Assembly: GCA_013265495.1 (NCBI GenBank)
Contig: MU058384.1
Location: 2,641,010-2,705,009, forward strand
Length of the DNA: 64,000 nucleotides
Reading direction: 5' to 3'
Source of the DNA: Vicugna vicugna
Taxonomy: Eukaryota
Below the pieces are notes generated by a model. The model did no database searches. It had not been told where the DNA came from and saw only the letters and a program-made list of their open reading frames with translations. Below, one piece after another: positions 11,249 through 24,470 of the stretch. Made by a program: the position numbers and the translations under genes. The stretch's first letter is position 1. Every line of letters starts with the position of its first letter.

Positions 11249-14200
11249 CTGGTAAAGAAAAAGATAGCAACAAACACGCTCTGTAGATATCAGCTCATTA
11301 CCAACAAGCTTTGGAGTTAACTAGAGAGGATATTAAATTCCTCTTAAATAGAAAGTCAGCCTAATTTAGGACCAGTTACCAATGAATCCTGGTAAATATT
11401 CTAAATCCCTGGGCATTTGTTTTTAATCATACAGGAAAAGTAATACTTCCCTAAGGATTATCACTCTTAGAAGCTATTATTCTGAGAATCACAGAAGAAT
11501 GCAAATGAGTGATTTTTAGATATGCCAAATCATTCTATCTTAAAACAAACTCAGGTGGCTGGAAATTAATTCGGAAAAGTTCTCTCCATGGCAAACCAGA
11601 ACAGAATTTATTAACTCCTGAGTTACGAAGTGTGGGGAAAGAGTTAATGAAACCTTTTATTCCTGCTCTATAAACAAGTTTGACCTTGAATTAACTCTCT
11701 CTGGGTTCTTCTGGAAACTTGATAAAGGTGGACACATCGGCTGTGTTACTCAGCAGCATGGCTTAGGATAAAAATGTCCCCCAACCTGCATTTGAAATAG
11801 GAAAACTGTGAATGGACCATAAAAAACCTGGTGAGAAGTCACAGGTTTGGGTTTCCCTGGGTGACTTATCACTGATCACATCCTCTGAGGGGACCGTCAG
11901 CTCTGCTCATGGAATTGTTACGGAATGTTGATTCCTATATAGTTGAAACTTAGGACTCCTGAGCCAAGGTGACTCTGTATCCACTGAGGTGGCTCTCATC
12001 TTCATGCTCCTAAGCCAACATTTGAGAGCCAGAGACTGGCCTCTGGGCTGCAGCAAGGGCTCTTGTGGAAAGAGAAGTGCTTGATGTTGCCTTGCTTCTG
12101 CCCCCTGTTCTATATCCTGCTTAGTGAACATAATGCCAGTCGTGGCCAACTGGGGTCTCGTGAGTTTAAATGTCTAGTTGAACATAAGAAGACACCCTGA
12201 TGGCTGCAGCATGAAGAAATCACAATGTGGGAAAAAAAAACAAACAAACAAAAACAACAACCCAGCAACCCTCATTTGATGATGATGATGTTAAATGGTG
12301 TGACTTTTCTGATTTTACTGCCTCTAATTCTTTCAGAAGCTATCAGGATGGCCATAATGATAAATGTGTGCTTTAAATTTGCCAACTTTTTCCTCTCCAC
12401 AAGGTATGTTATCCTTTCTATTTTCTAAGCATATTTAGATGCAAAAAAAGAAAAAAGAAAGATCTAATATACCTAAATTATTTTTCTAGGAATAACTTCA
12501 AGACTATCTACAATGAAAATATGGGATTCTCACCTAAATGGTAAATTTAATTTGATGATTGATAACTGAGATAGGAGAGAAACTAAACCTTTGTTGCTGC
12601 TACTGCTTAAGCTAGACCTTCCTGCCAGGCTTCATTATAATAACCTTTTTGGTAATATTAACTAGATAAAAGCAAATATCTTCTATCAGTTTAATGTATC
12701 TCCCCTTGAATGCTTAATATTCCAAATGAGCATTTAAAACTCGAAAGTGTATTTGGAAGTTGGCTTAGATTAATTTATTTTAAGTTAAAAAATAAGAGCA
12801 AGTTCCAAAATAATTATTTTTCAAACTACCATTTAGGGCATGTCAGTTTTAAATTCATTTTCTCTGATCTTGGATTAGAATGTACAATTTATACACACTT
12901 AGGAAAAAAGGTATTTTAATCCTGAAAGGCTTTTACTTTTGCATGTGATGAAATGGTTTAAAAACTATGAAGGTACATCTAACTGAGTGCAGTGATTCAC
13001 TTGGATGAAACCAAATTCTCCACGGTGTAATTAGGCACACTAGTACCATTTATACCTTAGGATCTAACAGTTTCCTTTAAATCTTATACTCTCCCAAGAA
13101 ATCTTTATAACTGTTGATCTTTAAGATCTCTAAGCTCTGACGTTATAAATTTAAGGGGGAATTTTAAGCCTTAGAAGCATTAAAGATAAGAGACAGCTAT
13201 TTTGAGAGCTGAACTACACACTTAACATAAACATGATTTTCCTGAATACTGCGAACTATATATAGCCTCCCTTAAAAAATTCTATCAGTCACTTTAGACC
13301 CAAAAAAGCAAGCACAAGTAAACTGGATTTAAAGCAACACAAACAGTGCTGTAAACAGACGAATTTCACAAATACCAAATGTATTTTTTTGAGTTTTAAT
13401 GTCACCACCATATTTAATGTTTAGGTGCTATTACTACACATGCAACACTGAAAATTACTAATTGCAAGAGGCATTTTATTCAGGGAAAAGGAAGGCATGC
13501 TTAGTTTGCTTTTTTACAAAAGGATTAATCCAAGGAGCTCATGTTACTGAAGTTGGGAGTATAAATACTGAATATGTCAAGAGAGTATCCTTTTAAACAT
13601 AAAAATGATGAAGGTATCTTCTAATATTGCTCTCTTTAGGTATCCAGAAAGAAATGCTTTATTGGCTATCTGGACAGCTTCTAAAGAAAAGTTTCTTAAA
13701 CTTGCTAAACTAATGATAAATTGGTGAATCAGTAAGGTTTGCAGAACTAGGGTTTCCATTTTAAACCAGACCACTGTAATTCAAGGCCAATGATTTTTAA
13801 CTCTGTGAATGTTTTTCTTCCTCTACCTCAGGGCCGTGCTAAAATGAGCACACTGATTCAAAGAAGCTCAGAGAATACCATGTCCAAGGTCAGGCTGAGT
13901 TTCTGCGAAAGGGGCTCATCAATTTCTTCTGTTCGTATCTCCAGTATCAGCTCTCCCCATGCCTTTCACTTTCACGGTGCAGAACTGACACTTAAAAAGC
14001 CTCCGTCCTGCCCCTCAGCCAGAGGCTCAAAGGGCAAGACAAATACCTTGTGAGAAGCCACAGGCCCCGATCGCCAGGAAATGCACGAAGACACAGGACA
14101 GTGAGGAGTTTTGTAAGGGACATTTTGATCATTTCATGCATTTGTGGACGTCCGGTTTTATGGCATGCTAAACACAACTGAGGGCAAAGACATACACGGT

Positions 14201-16776
14201 TAATGAAGCAAAACAAACCCCCAAAACAGAGGGAAATAGAACAAGAAAACACAAGTCAGCAAGCCATACATAAGCAATACAAGACTTATATCACCGAGTC
14301 AGTAGACGGATAATAACAGTACTAGGTTAAACCCACGGTGGAATCACTAGTACTAAGTATGAAGCAGCCTAGTGGAAGGCAGCAGACGTTCAATATACAT
14401 TGGCCAAAGTGATCATCAATTTTAAAGAAGCTGCCATAGTAGAAGCTGGCTTAGCTTTGCAAAGTACATATGACCTTCAGTTTGTTGAACTGCATTTATC
14501 TTTTCTTTCCTACCTGAATGGGGTTAGTGGGACAGCTTTGTTAAAACAGTGCATGGTACTGACGAATGAGTTCTATAAAGAGAAAAGCTAGTATGTTTCT
14601 AATTGGAAAGTTTTTATGGAGATGAAAAATAATTTATGTGATAAAAAGACAGAAAGGATCAGAGATTAAGTAAACTAAGAGAAAGCAGAAATGTCTCTTA
14701 TATAGGGAAGACTATGAATGTTTGTTGATCCCATCAGAACCAAAGGGAATTGTGATAAGTCTAAACTCTATGTTGAATCATGATGACAGCCCAGTGGCTC
14801 GGCCATTTCCAGGTGAACAGCAGCAACAGATGGGTATGTGACAGGACGCATCTCATTAGATGGGTCCTGCTGATGCAGACACACAGGTACACACACAAAC
14901 ACACAGAGTGAACTGAAGTTGTTTCATTATTCCTAGAAATATCTGTATAAGAAAATATGATCACCATGGATGGGAAGGAAAACTTGCTGGTTTTCTTTTG
15001 GATCTCAATTTATAAGGACATTCTTACAACAACCAGGCATCCATGGAAAACTGACTGTGGCTTCCCTTTCCCCCTCCACGCTCCTCTTGGCTTTAGTTGG
15101 CATTTGAAAATGACTTAAGACACCTCAACCCATCCATTCCTGCACCTTCTCAGGCAGAGCTTTCTGCTTAGTCTGCAGAGGGTTACTGAACTATGCCCTG
15201 TTAACCAGCCTAAAATGAAGCAGAGAGGACCTCTGCATTGCTCAGTGTGTAACACCAAGTGAGTTCTTCAAGAGCCATGCGTATCAGAGGTTAATGCGAA
15301 GTGGTAAGTGTCTTGTCAAGGACTAGTTTTCTCAAAGCCCATTTGGCAGTAAGTAGCCAAACAACAGACACCTCAGAGGAGTCACACCAAAGTCAGTCCA
15401 GGGACTGGCCCACAAGGAAGAAAAGAAAACGTTTCTAGAAGGAAAAGTGGAGAATCTCCTTAGAACGGAATTTTCTCACTCCAGTCTTCTGGAGACTATC
15501 TGCTCCTTAATTGTATAATGTTTTATTTGAGGTATGGCTCAGAATAATACTACCACATTAGAGTGAAAAAAAAAGTATCACTCAATAGTTCAAAATAAGT
15601 CAGCACAATTTAAAAAATACTTTAATGACAACTAGAGCCATGAAATCAGAATCTTTGGCAGCCGATCTTGAGCCTCAGTGTGTTTTAAGCTCCCGGGGTA
15701 ACAAGTGGAATGACTGCTAACTCCATATCCTCTGATGGTAACACAATGTTCAGAAAAGATAAACTGAGTATTAGCGTGTAAAGATACCCAAGAAAGTGGC
15801 ATATGCCTAATGGTCACTTGAATCTATGCTCACAGAAAAGGTGAAATGTATCAATACCTCTGCCTCACATCCAAAACCACCATACCGCCATTCTCCAACT
15901 AAATGCCTTGATAAAGGGCCAAGGTGGGTAAGAATACCAAGAATTTCAATCAGTTGCAATATTAACATGGCAAGATTTCACTAACAATTTCTAAGAAGCA
16001 ATAAAGTGTAGTGGTTAATAGCATATATTTGAAATATAAAAAGCCTGGATTTGAATAACTAAAAATACATTCTTCCTATACTAAGGTAACGATCCTTGAA
16101 GCACTCAACATATTTGCTAATTTGGACATAATAGAGAAATACTAAGGGACCAGCTTCAAACTAATGAAGAGAATTATGTAGCCATATGGAGTTTTAACAA
16201 TAATTCATGAAATTCAACACAAAACATGTTGGATATTTCTTAACTGTACAATTTTAAATTTGGTTGGTATTTCATGTTCCTCCTGCATCATGGAAGACCC
16301 TATTCTGAAAAACTGTCATTACTGCAATTTAATGAAGCAAGTTAAAGTTAGAGCCACAAACGAAGGTTACCCTCTTATTTACATTTTAAGCGCTTAATGA
16401 TTCTTTTATAGTTCCAGCAGCATCTTGGGAAAACAGCCTCATTTTTCCTACTTAAGTACACATCCCACTTTCTGATCAACAGATAACAGGCTTCAGGGTA
16501 AGCACTATTCCTGATAGCATTCAATGCAGACTAGAGTAAGAAAGAAGAGAGTGTGTCTGGATTTCCCAACATTTCCATGGAAATTTTAAGTGATTTATTT
16601 TCAGGTATTTTAATGAATTGTTTCCCTAGCTATAGCAAAAGTGACAATAGGAGAAAAGAATTTTTTTTTAAGTTAAAGACTTCTTTATAAGAAAAATTCA
16701 GCTACAACCAAGAAAGCTTCTAGGAGCTGAGTGGTAGTTTGAGGCTGAAATATCTTGCTTTAAAAATAGAGATGCA

Positions 16777-16987
16777 CGTCTAAGGACATGCGCAAAAGGG
16801 GACAAGCATGACTAAGCACTCCTGGGGCAAGAGCCGTCAATCAGCCTAAGGGAAGGTATAAGAGAAAGGGGCAAACAAGACCACTGCTATCTGCCACTGG
16901 ATCAGCCCACCTCTCACTCTTGGAGGTGTTCTTTCCCTTTGCTAAATAAAACCTTTAAAATCTTTCGCTACACACACAAAAACAAAC
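16777..16987 (+). mobile_element. Short retroposed insertion resembling an ERV LTR U3-R segment with poly(A)-derived tail
   Basis: TATA-like gtataag (~16856), AATAAA at 16945-16950, A/C-rich tail 16970-16987. Flanking direct repeats aaatagagatgca (16764-16776) / aaacagggatgca (16988-17000). Confidence 0.6.
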
Positions 16988-17786
16988 AAACAGGGATGCA
17001 GATTTTTCAAAGGCTCAATTAGCAGGTGAAAAGCACGTGAGAACCTGCAAACGCTCTGGGTTTCACTAAGTCTAGAGAATACTGTTATTTTTGGCAGCAG
17101 TAGGAACTCTCTTTGGTAGCTGATTCTTTCTGTCAGCGAAAAAGTACTTCTTTAGCAAATTCTATGGTGAAAAACTGAAAGACTCTAAGCTATCTTGCAA
17201 ATCTGAGGAAATGGAAATGAAGGAAATACAAGAAAAATGCTTATTCCTATCATGTCTATCTGAAGTAAACAGTGATTTCAAGTGATTCTACTATTATCCT
17301 TTCTTAAATTACATATACATTGTTCATGTAATAATCTAGTATCTGTAACTCCTGATCCATATTATCTGCCGTTGCTGTGCTTTTCATACAATAGGTCTAC
17401 TCCATGCTCACCTTTTGATAGATTACATAAATATGGATGGGGTGATGGCATCCCCACTACCCTTTTAAAGGTTGACGGTGGGTCTTATTGATGGAAACAC
17501 ACATTCAGAAGGACGAGTGGGATGGTTCTGCAGCAGATTAAACTGCCAAAAAATTTAAGAAATATTTATCCAGCAATGACAAATGTGGAGACGATTTGGC
17601 AGGAGAAGTTAATGAAAGACAAGAGAGATTAGAAGAATCACAATCTTGCACTGAGAGGACGCTGCTGCTGTGTGGGGGTCTGGACTCCGTGGGGGTGGCT
17701 GCAGGGCAGCCCTACCTGGGTTTTAGGTCTATAAACCCACTATCTTTAGCTCTCACTTTCATGAGATTAGACCAATGGTCGCTGTG

Positions 17787-17945
17787 GCGGTGCTTCCCAA
17801 ACTTTAATATGCAAATGAATCACGTGGGGGAGCTTATTACAAGGTACCTTCTTATTCAGAGGTCTGGGTTGGGGCCTGAGGTCCTGCATTTCTAACAAGC
17901 TCCCAGGGGCTCCGTGCATGGGCCTAGCAGTCCACACTCGAGGTT
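17787..17945. mobile_element. MER5A-like hAT-Charlie DNA transposon
   Basis: cccaaactttaatatgcaaatgaatcac...ggtctgggttggggcctgaggtcctgcatttctaacaagctcccagg. Confidence 0.75.
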
Positions 17946-18016
17946 TTAGAGCCTAACAGCTCGTTTCAATATAGTTTTACAACAAAGCCTGTGGGAGAGA
18001 GCAGTAACTATCAGGG

Positions 18017-18193
18017 CAGTGATTCTCAACTTGACTTCTACAGTAGAGTCAACCAGGGGGCTTTTATAAAATGTGTATGCCCAGGTCCCTCTAAGATCAA
18101 AAAACTCAGAATTCCTAGGGCCACCCTAGGCATCTTATTTTTGCTGACACTTTCCAGGTGATTCAAATGTGCAGCCTTTGGTGAGAACCACCA
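18017..18193. mobile_element. MER5-family hAT DNA transposon
   Basis: cagtgattctcaacttg...ccaggtgattcaaatgtgcagcc...tgagaaccac terminal motifs. Confidence 0.72.
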
Positions 18194-18604
18194 ACATAAA
18201 AGTCAGGCCTCCAATGCTTTGCAATAGTAAGTACCCCGTACGTGAAAGAGTTTGTTTCAAGAGAGTAAAGACAAGTCAAAGTTTAATCAAGTAACTACTG
18301 AAAATAGCCTTCTGTAGGAACTTATGTAACCTTTTGTAAGCCTGATCTGTTGTTTTCATCCTTAATCATTATTGGTAGTCAACTGGGGCATAGCATTCTC
18401 TCAATAAAAAGATCTATTCTAAAGATAAAAGGCAAGATTAGTTTAACTTCAACGCTGTCTGCAGGGTGCTCAGGCCTGGGATTGGTCTGGATGAAGGGAG
18501 GGGCAGCTCCTTTGAAGGTTACCACCAATTTCCACAGAGGCAAGCTTAAGAGCCCCTGTGAGTGACCCTTTCACAGCCAAACTATGACGGCACATGCTAC
18601 AGGG

Positions 18605-18872
18605 TATAAAGACTAGAAGCTCAGTTGTAGGGACCAGAATTGCATCTTGGTTCTAACACTTCCCAGCTGTGACTTTGAAAGTTGGTGGACCTCTCTCTAT
18701 GTCGGTTTCCTTATCTGTAAAATACTATGATATAAAATACAATAATAGTTCTTGCCTCACAGTATCGCTGTGCAGATTATGTGATTTAATACAGGGAAAG
18801 CTATGGGATTGTGTGACTTAATACAGGGAAAATTCTTAGAACGGTGCCTGGCAGAGAGTAACTGTTAAGCAT
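18605..18872 (+). mobile_element. MIR SINE
   Basis: ctgtgactttg...tcggtttccttatctgtaaaat...cttagaacggtgcctggcagagagta. Confidence 0.75.
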
Positions 18873-19869
18873 TAGGGACAGCTGTGTAACACTGTCTCTG
18901 AGTATATACACTCATCTCTCGCCACAAGGAGTGATGTTATGTTTTTAAGCCTTTTCAGAACGATCAGCTCTGAGAGGGAATGGCCATAGTGAGCCCAGAC
19001 TTCTAGCTTATGCCTGGTGGAAGTACGCTGAGTTGCAGCCCAGCCTGATGGATAAAGATCCACTATTCTTAGCAGGAAGAACACTATCTAGGGTGTTTCT
19101 ATTACTGGCTTTTTGATCGGCGCCACTGGATGGAGTGAGCCCTGGGTGCTGGCATCTGCAGTGTTCATCATGCTCTTGGGCCACTGCCTCTCTCAGCAGA
19201 CTGGCTTGGAGATGTCCTTACCCGTGGGCTGCCCAGCCGGATTCTTACTCTCCTGAACCTGGTGTCCATGCTAGGTCCAGGCTAGCCCAGAGGAGCCATT
19301 CTGCCCACTGCCTTTTATCAAAAGCACTGTGAAGCGGTGACTACTGTGGTCCTTACAAAACAGTCCCCAACCCTCTGCCACGCTGGAGAATCTCCAGGGT
19401 GTCCAGTGACCAAAGCAGAGTGGTGCATCGAAGTGAGGCACGAGTCTCAACTGTCAAGTCCTGTCACGGACAAGGGCCTTCCTGTGGGTCTGCAGGAGAG
19501 GCAGGGTGCATCTTCTGGGAGCCTATGCTCTGTCAAGGGAAGGTCCCCACTATCAAAAAGGGGTGAAAAGTCAATTTTTTAAGTCACAAGCCTCCGTCGC
19601 CAACAATAAGTCAAAACTAGCATTGAAAGTACCACATTTTCCCATGCTGATCCGACCCCTGCTTCACGACCTGCATTCACACTGACATCCTGCTGGGAAT
19701 GCTTGTCCAGTTAGGGGATTTCAGTGGGCTTCAGTTGGGACAAGAGGGAGTAAGCTTGCTCCTGCTCCCTCCAGAGCTGGCTTCATCAATGACCCAGGCT
19801 TTCAGAGTCCTGGTCGGATCAACATCATTCAGTGGAAGCTTGGGCGTTATCATCAGTCCGCAGCTCCAT

Positions 19870-20128
19870 AACCGCAGAGCTAACCTTGACCGAGCGTTTA
19901 CTGTGTGGCTGGACCTGCACTAAAAGCTTTTTACGTGAAATCTATCTTTCTTGTTTAACCAGCACAACCACACCAGGAGATAGGGAGATAGGTGCTATTA
20001 GCATTGTTTTTACAGAGAGAACAAGCTTGGATACCAGAGAGGTATCCAAGGCAGCACCACTCGGAGGTGGGAGAGCCAGGATTTACATCCACACGGTGCG
20101 ACGCCAGGGTCCACGCTTTCACCACTAA
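19870..20128 (-). mobile_element. MIR SINE
   Basis: ttttacagagagaacaagc...ccaagg...gagccaggattt...gctttcaccact. Confidence 0.65.
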
Positions 20129-20611
20129 GCTTGAATGTCTCTTGGGCTGTGATTTCTTTTAAAAAAAAAAAAATTTTGTTTTTCCTTTATACGTTTTGGT
20201 TGAGACCACGGTGTTTTGACGTTTCATCCTCTTTACACAGGACTGCTGAGTCTTACTCTGGCTTCCAGACACCCTCAGGAAACACCCTTGACTTGGCTGG
20301 TCCATGGCTGTTGAGGAATTGTATCTCAAACCTTTCAGATTCTCATTCAAAACCTAGTCCCTATGAGGATGACAAAGACACCCTCCTCTCTAGGGGCCAC
20401 TTGGGAATCCCTGGTCACCCTCCCCACTCCTGAGTGTCCTACAACAACCTGTCCCCTCCCCACCCCTTGCTCAGCAGGGAGCCGGTCTAGGCAGTGACAC
20501 GCTGCATCCTTTCTTGTCCTTCACATAGACGATAACTACCAAGCCTCTTACATCCCAATCCTGTTTCTTGCTCTGATCAGAAATTACATCTGTCATTCTA
20601 AAAGTGAACTG

Positions 20612-20863
20612 GCATGCGGTATCTAGAATACTTAAACTCAGAAACAGACAGTAGAATTGTGGTTGTGGCGGGGAGGGGACAGCCGGTGGGAAGGGGGTAA
20701 TGGAGAGGTACTATTCAATGCGTATAAAGTTTCAGTTATGCAAGATGAGTAAGTCCTAGAGACCTGCTGTACAACACTGCACGGTAGGTAACATTACTGA
20801 ATTGCACACTTTTTTTGGTTATGACCTCATGCTAAGTGTTCTCACCACAGTTATTTAAAAAAA
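20612..20863 (+). mobile_element. L1MA/MB-like 3' UTR fragment
   Basis: tataaagtttcagttatgcaagatgagtaagtcctagagacctgctgtacaac...ctaagtgttctcaccaca; a probable continuation lies at ~21185-21300. Confidence 0.8.
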
Positions 20864-22157
20864 GTGAACCTACAAATGATGAGCTCACTCACAAGTATCT
20901 CTTAAACTTCAACTAAAAATATTGATAGGTATTCTCTTTCTTTACATATGTCGAGTGAAACATACAAACGTGGTAAAGAAAAGTGTTCTTCCCACTCACA
21001 TAAATATGCATTTGAGAACTGATTTACATTCTAATGAGGGGTTAGCTGTCTGCTGCTCTTTCTTTTGAGAGACACATAAAAGTATTGTATGTGCGCAAAA
21101 ATAATTTTTCCTCAATTTTCACTCTTTAATGCCACACGGTACTGTAAAAGCGCATGTATCAGCCAATGCAAATACTACGCGTGACAATGTTAACTATGTA
21201 AGATGATGGATATGTTCATTAGCTTGACTGTGGTGACTGTTTCACAAAGCATATGCACAGAAAAACATGGAATTGTTCACCTTAAATGTACAAAACTTTG
21301 ATTTTTTGCAATGATGGAGAAAAGTAGAAAAAGGAAAACATGCCCAAAGTGCTAAGCGTCTATCTGGGATTCTCAATGAATGGCAATCCTTATTGTAAAG
21401 GGGAAAAAAAGACTGCTGATAGGTTTTTTTTCTCTATAATTTCAAAATTCAGAATATCACTGGCCCCTTGAGGTCTGCATTTGTACTCTTGTCAAAACAT
21501 ACAAATCCTGAAGATTTTCAAGAAATGAAAGAAATTTATTCTAAGCTTATTGAAGTACAGCTCTGGAACGATGATGTTTCCAAAAGCCGAGGGCATATGC
21601 CAGACATTCAGGAAGCCAGGATTTCTGTTGGACACACTCTTGGGAATGTTGGAAGGTACATTCTACTCTAGGCTGCAATACAGATGGAAAAGAGGAGGCT
21701 TTCCAATGATCGCTACAAAATGTATTCGTGAGGGTTTAGGGGATGGGGACGGAATTTAATCAGTAAACATCTCCCTCATCCTGGTTTCTTAAAAGTAATT
21801 TTAAAAAATCAAATTCTTCTCAATGAATCTTTGGGAAAAAAGTAGATGCAACACCTAGGGGCAGCGGACTCGGGAGAACCAGTGCTGTTATTTCCGTGGT
21901 TAAAGCCTCAGGTCAAGCACAGCAAAGCATGCAGAGCACTCCGATGGACGATGGGGGCCCACACAGCCGGCTTCCCACAGACCGATGCCTTGGTGGAGAT
22001 ACCTCACGGTCAGGAGCAGAGAAGGGCTCACCCCACTGCTGCCTGCAGCTCAGCTCCAGCCCCACGCTGATCCCAGATGGGGGCAGAGCAGCTGTGAGCA
22101 GGCAGCACAAACCAGCAGCACGAACCTTGGTGGGACCAGGGGAAAGCGGGCACTCAC

Positions 22158-22226
22158 CTCCGCGATCTTCAGCACTGCGCTCCCGTTCAGGTCAAAGGTC
22201 GGGGTGTAGGTTATGCAGAGTAAAAC
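22158..22226 (-). CDS. ARFGEF3: ARFGEF3 coding exon (69 nt; exon 5 equivalent)
   Basis: tcacAG|GTT TTA CTC...GCG GAG|GTgagt; VLLCITYTPTFDLNGSAVLKIAE (inside ORF 22050..22277); pyrimidine tract upstream; phase 0-0. Confidence 0.97.
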
Positions 22227-22539
22227 CTGTGACAACCACGAGGCGAGCCAGGAAGGGAGAGAGAAGGGGTTAAACATTTAGAAATACATTTCCATATCAT
22301 GTTTGGGCAGTCATGTTTTAGGACTCTTTTGCTCTTTGCTTTATTTAATGTGCTTCTTCTCAGCCCACCCACTGCTCTCTAATTAGCGGCCACATGTGGC
22401 CCAATAAAGCAAAGACTCAGAGTAAAGGCTGCTACCCTCTCCCCCGGGGAAGAACCATTGCCAAGGCCAGCCAGCAGCAGCATTCCTCAACAGCTCCAGA
22501 AGGCGGGTCCAGTAATCAAGAAAACCGAATGGCTGGGCT

Positions 22540-22740
22540 CAGTGTTAGGCTCTGTACATGAATCACCCAGATTGATATTTTCAGTAAGTGTCGTTATTAT
22601 TGTCCTCATTTTACTGACAAGGAAACTGAAGCTTAGAATGATCACATAAGCTGCCTGAAGTCACAGAAGTATAAGCTGTGGCACTGAGATCTCAAGCCAA
22701 GTAATCTGACCCCACGCCCTGGCCAAGTAAGCAACACTGC
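22540..22740 (-). mobile_element. MIR SINE
   Basis: ttattgtcctcattttactgacaaggaaactgaagcttaga...gcctgaagtcacag. Confidence 0.75.
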
Positions 22741-24231
22741 GTCTTCCTGGACCCAGGCTGCTCTGTACTTTCCTGCTCCTGTCGCCTTCCCAGATTCACA
22801 TGGGATTAGACACTCTTTCATGGGCACTTTGCTCTTCCTTCCTGTTATTTCCCCCAGAACACAGCCCGGGGCTTATTTATTAGTCCCAGGTTCCTTGTAT
22901 TCTCCAAGTTACATTGACAGTGAGTCGATGACATTTATAAGATCTCTTAAGAACCATTAAAAATTCTACTTTCTACTTGTAATGCTATTAGGGAGCAGAT
23001 CAATAAAAGCCCTGTGCATTTTAAGAACTGTTTCTAATTTTGTAGATAAGAGGTTAGACTCTCCCCTGTCCATTTGGCTTCTGATGCTGCAACTCATCTC
23101 GCTGGTGGTCCCAGATATGAAATTGCTGGTGTCTGCTCCAAACCCAACAGCCAAGCCCTGCCTGCAGTGGCAGCCTTCTGGGGATGTTTCTCATCTGGCT
23201 CTGCCCAACTTACGAAAGAACACCGAAGCCTAGCAAATGTACCCAGCACAGGACATACACCTCATCAGTGCACCAAAAGGTGCAACTGTCCAACGGAACA
23301 CGGAAGCTCTTCTAGCGATGGGCCAGGCCAAACCCAGGAACGGCTGCTCCCTCAGAGAAAGCACATATGGACGTAATTAAAGAAGGGAAGGGGGCTTTTT
23401 GCCAATTCTAGTCACAAGGTTAGATAAGTTTATTATGGATCTGTTCCTCAACCTTTTGCTCCTTAAGGTGACTGATAGCCAAGAATTGATTCCAGATAAA
23501 AGTGATCTGAATGCCATGCTGGCTGAGGGAAAGAGAAGGTGGGAGCAACTGCCCCAGGGCCTCATGGGGAAAGGCTTTCTTCTGTGTGATGACTGTCTTT
23601 GGGGGTCAGGGTCAGGTATTCAAGAAGGGGTGAAAGCTCAGGACAACAGTGTCACCAGGTCCTAATTTGGCCTGGGGAGAGGCTTGTCTAATAAGGCCTC
23701 TGTACTTGGTGGGATCCCTGCCTGGAACCCTCCTGTCCTTGGCTCCTCCCAGGTGTTCCTCACATGGCACACTTGGTTGGCTTCCTGCAGGCCTCAACTC
23801 AAATGTCACCCCCGTAGAGGGGGAGGTGGCCCTGTTGGGCACCATTTCTAAAACGGCCTGTATCTCAGCTCCTTGGTTCACGTACTTCAGCACAAGCACC
23901 AGACTCATAAATTCCTGGTTTGTTCATTTACTCTTTTCTAGTCTTCCTGTTAGACACCACCACCCATAGGGCATCCAAAAGGCCCTCCAGGCTTTCTCAC
24001 ATGCTGCTTTCTTACTCTGATTTCTTGCTACTGCGCCCGGCTTCTCTTTCTTATTTCTTTTTTCTGCACTGTGTTTTGTGGCAGGCAGGTGGGGTATGAC
24101 AGAGTAGCTGATGGAGATAGTGGTCTGTGGAGGTGGGGAGGTGAGTTGGCCCATCTGGGCTCTCGGGTTTTTTAAGTATTTTCAATAAAGGCTGACAACT
24201 GGCAATACTTTACAATACGAAACTAATGATG

Positions 24232-24470
24232 AGATTTGCAAATGTTAAGCACTATATATAAAAATAGATTAAAAACACATTTCTTCTGCACAGCACAGGG
24301 AACGATATTCAATATCTTATAATAACCTTTAATGAAAAAGAATAGGAAAATGAATATATGTGTGTATATATATATGCATGACTGGGACATCATGCTGTAC
24401 AGCAGAAATTGACACATTGTAACGGACTATATATACGTCAATGAAAAGATAAAGTCATTAAACTAAAGAA
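24232..24470 (+). mobile_element. 5'-truncated lineage-specific L1 3' end
   Basis: cacagcacagggaacgatattcaatatcttataataacc...catgactgggacatcatgctgtacagcagaaattgacac; perfect 12-bp TSD aaactaatgatg (24220-24231 / 24471-24482). Confidence 0.88.
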
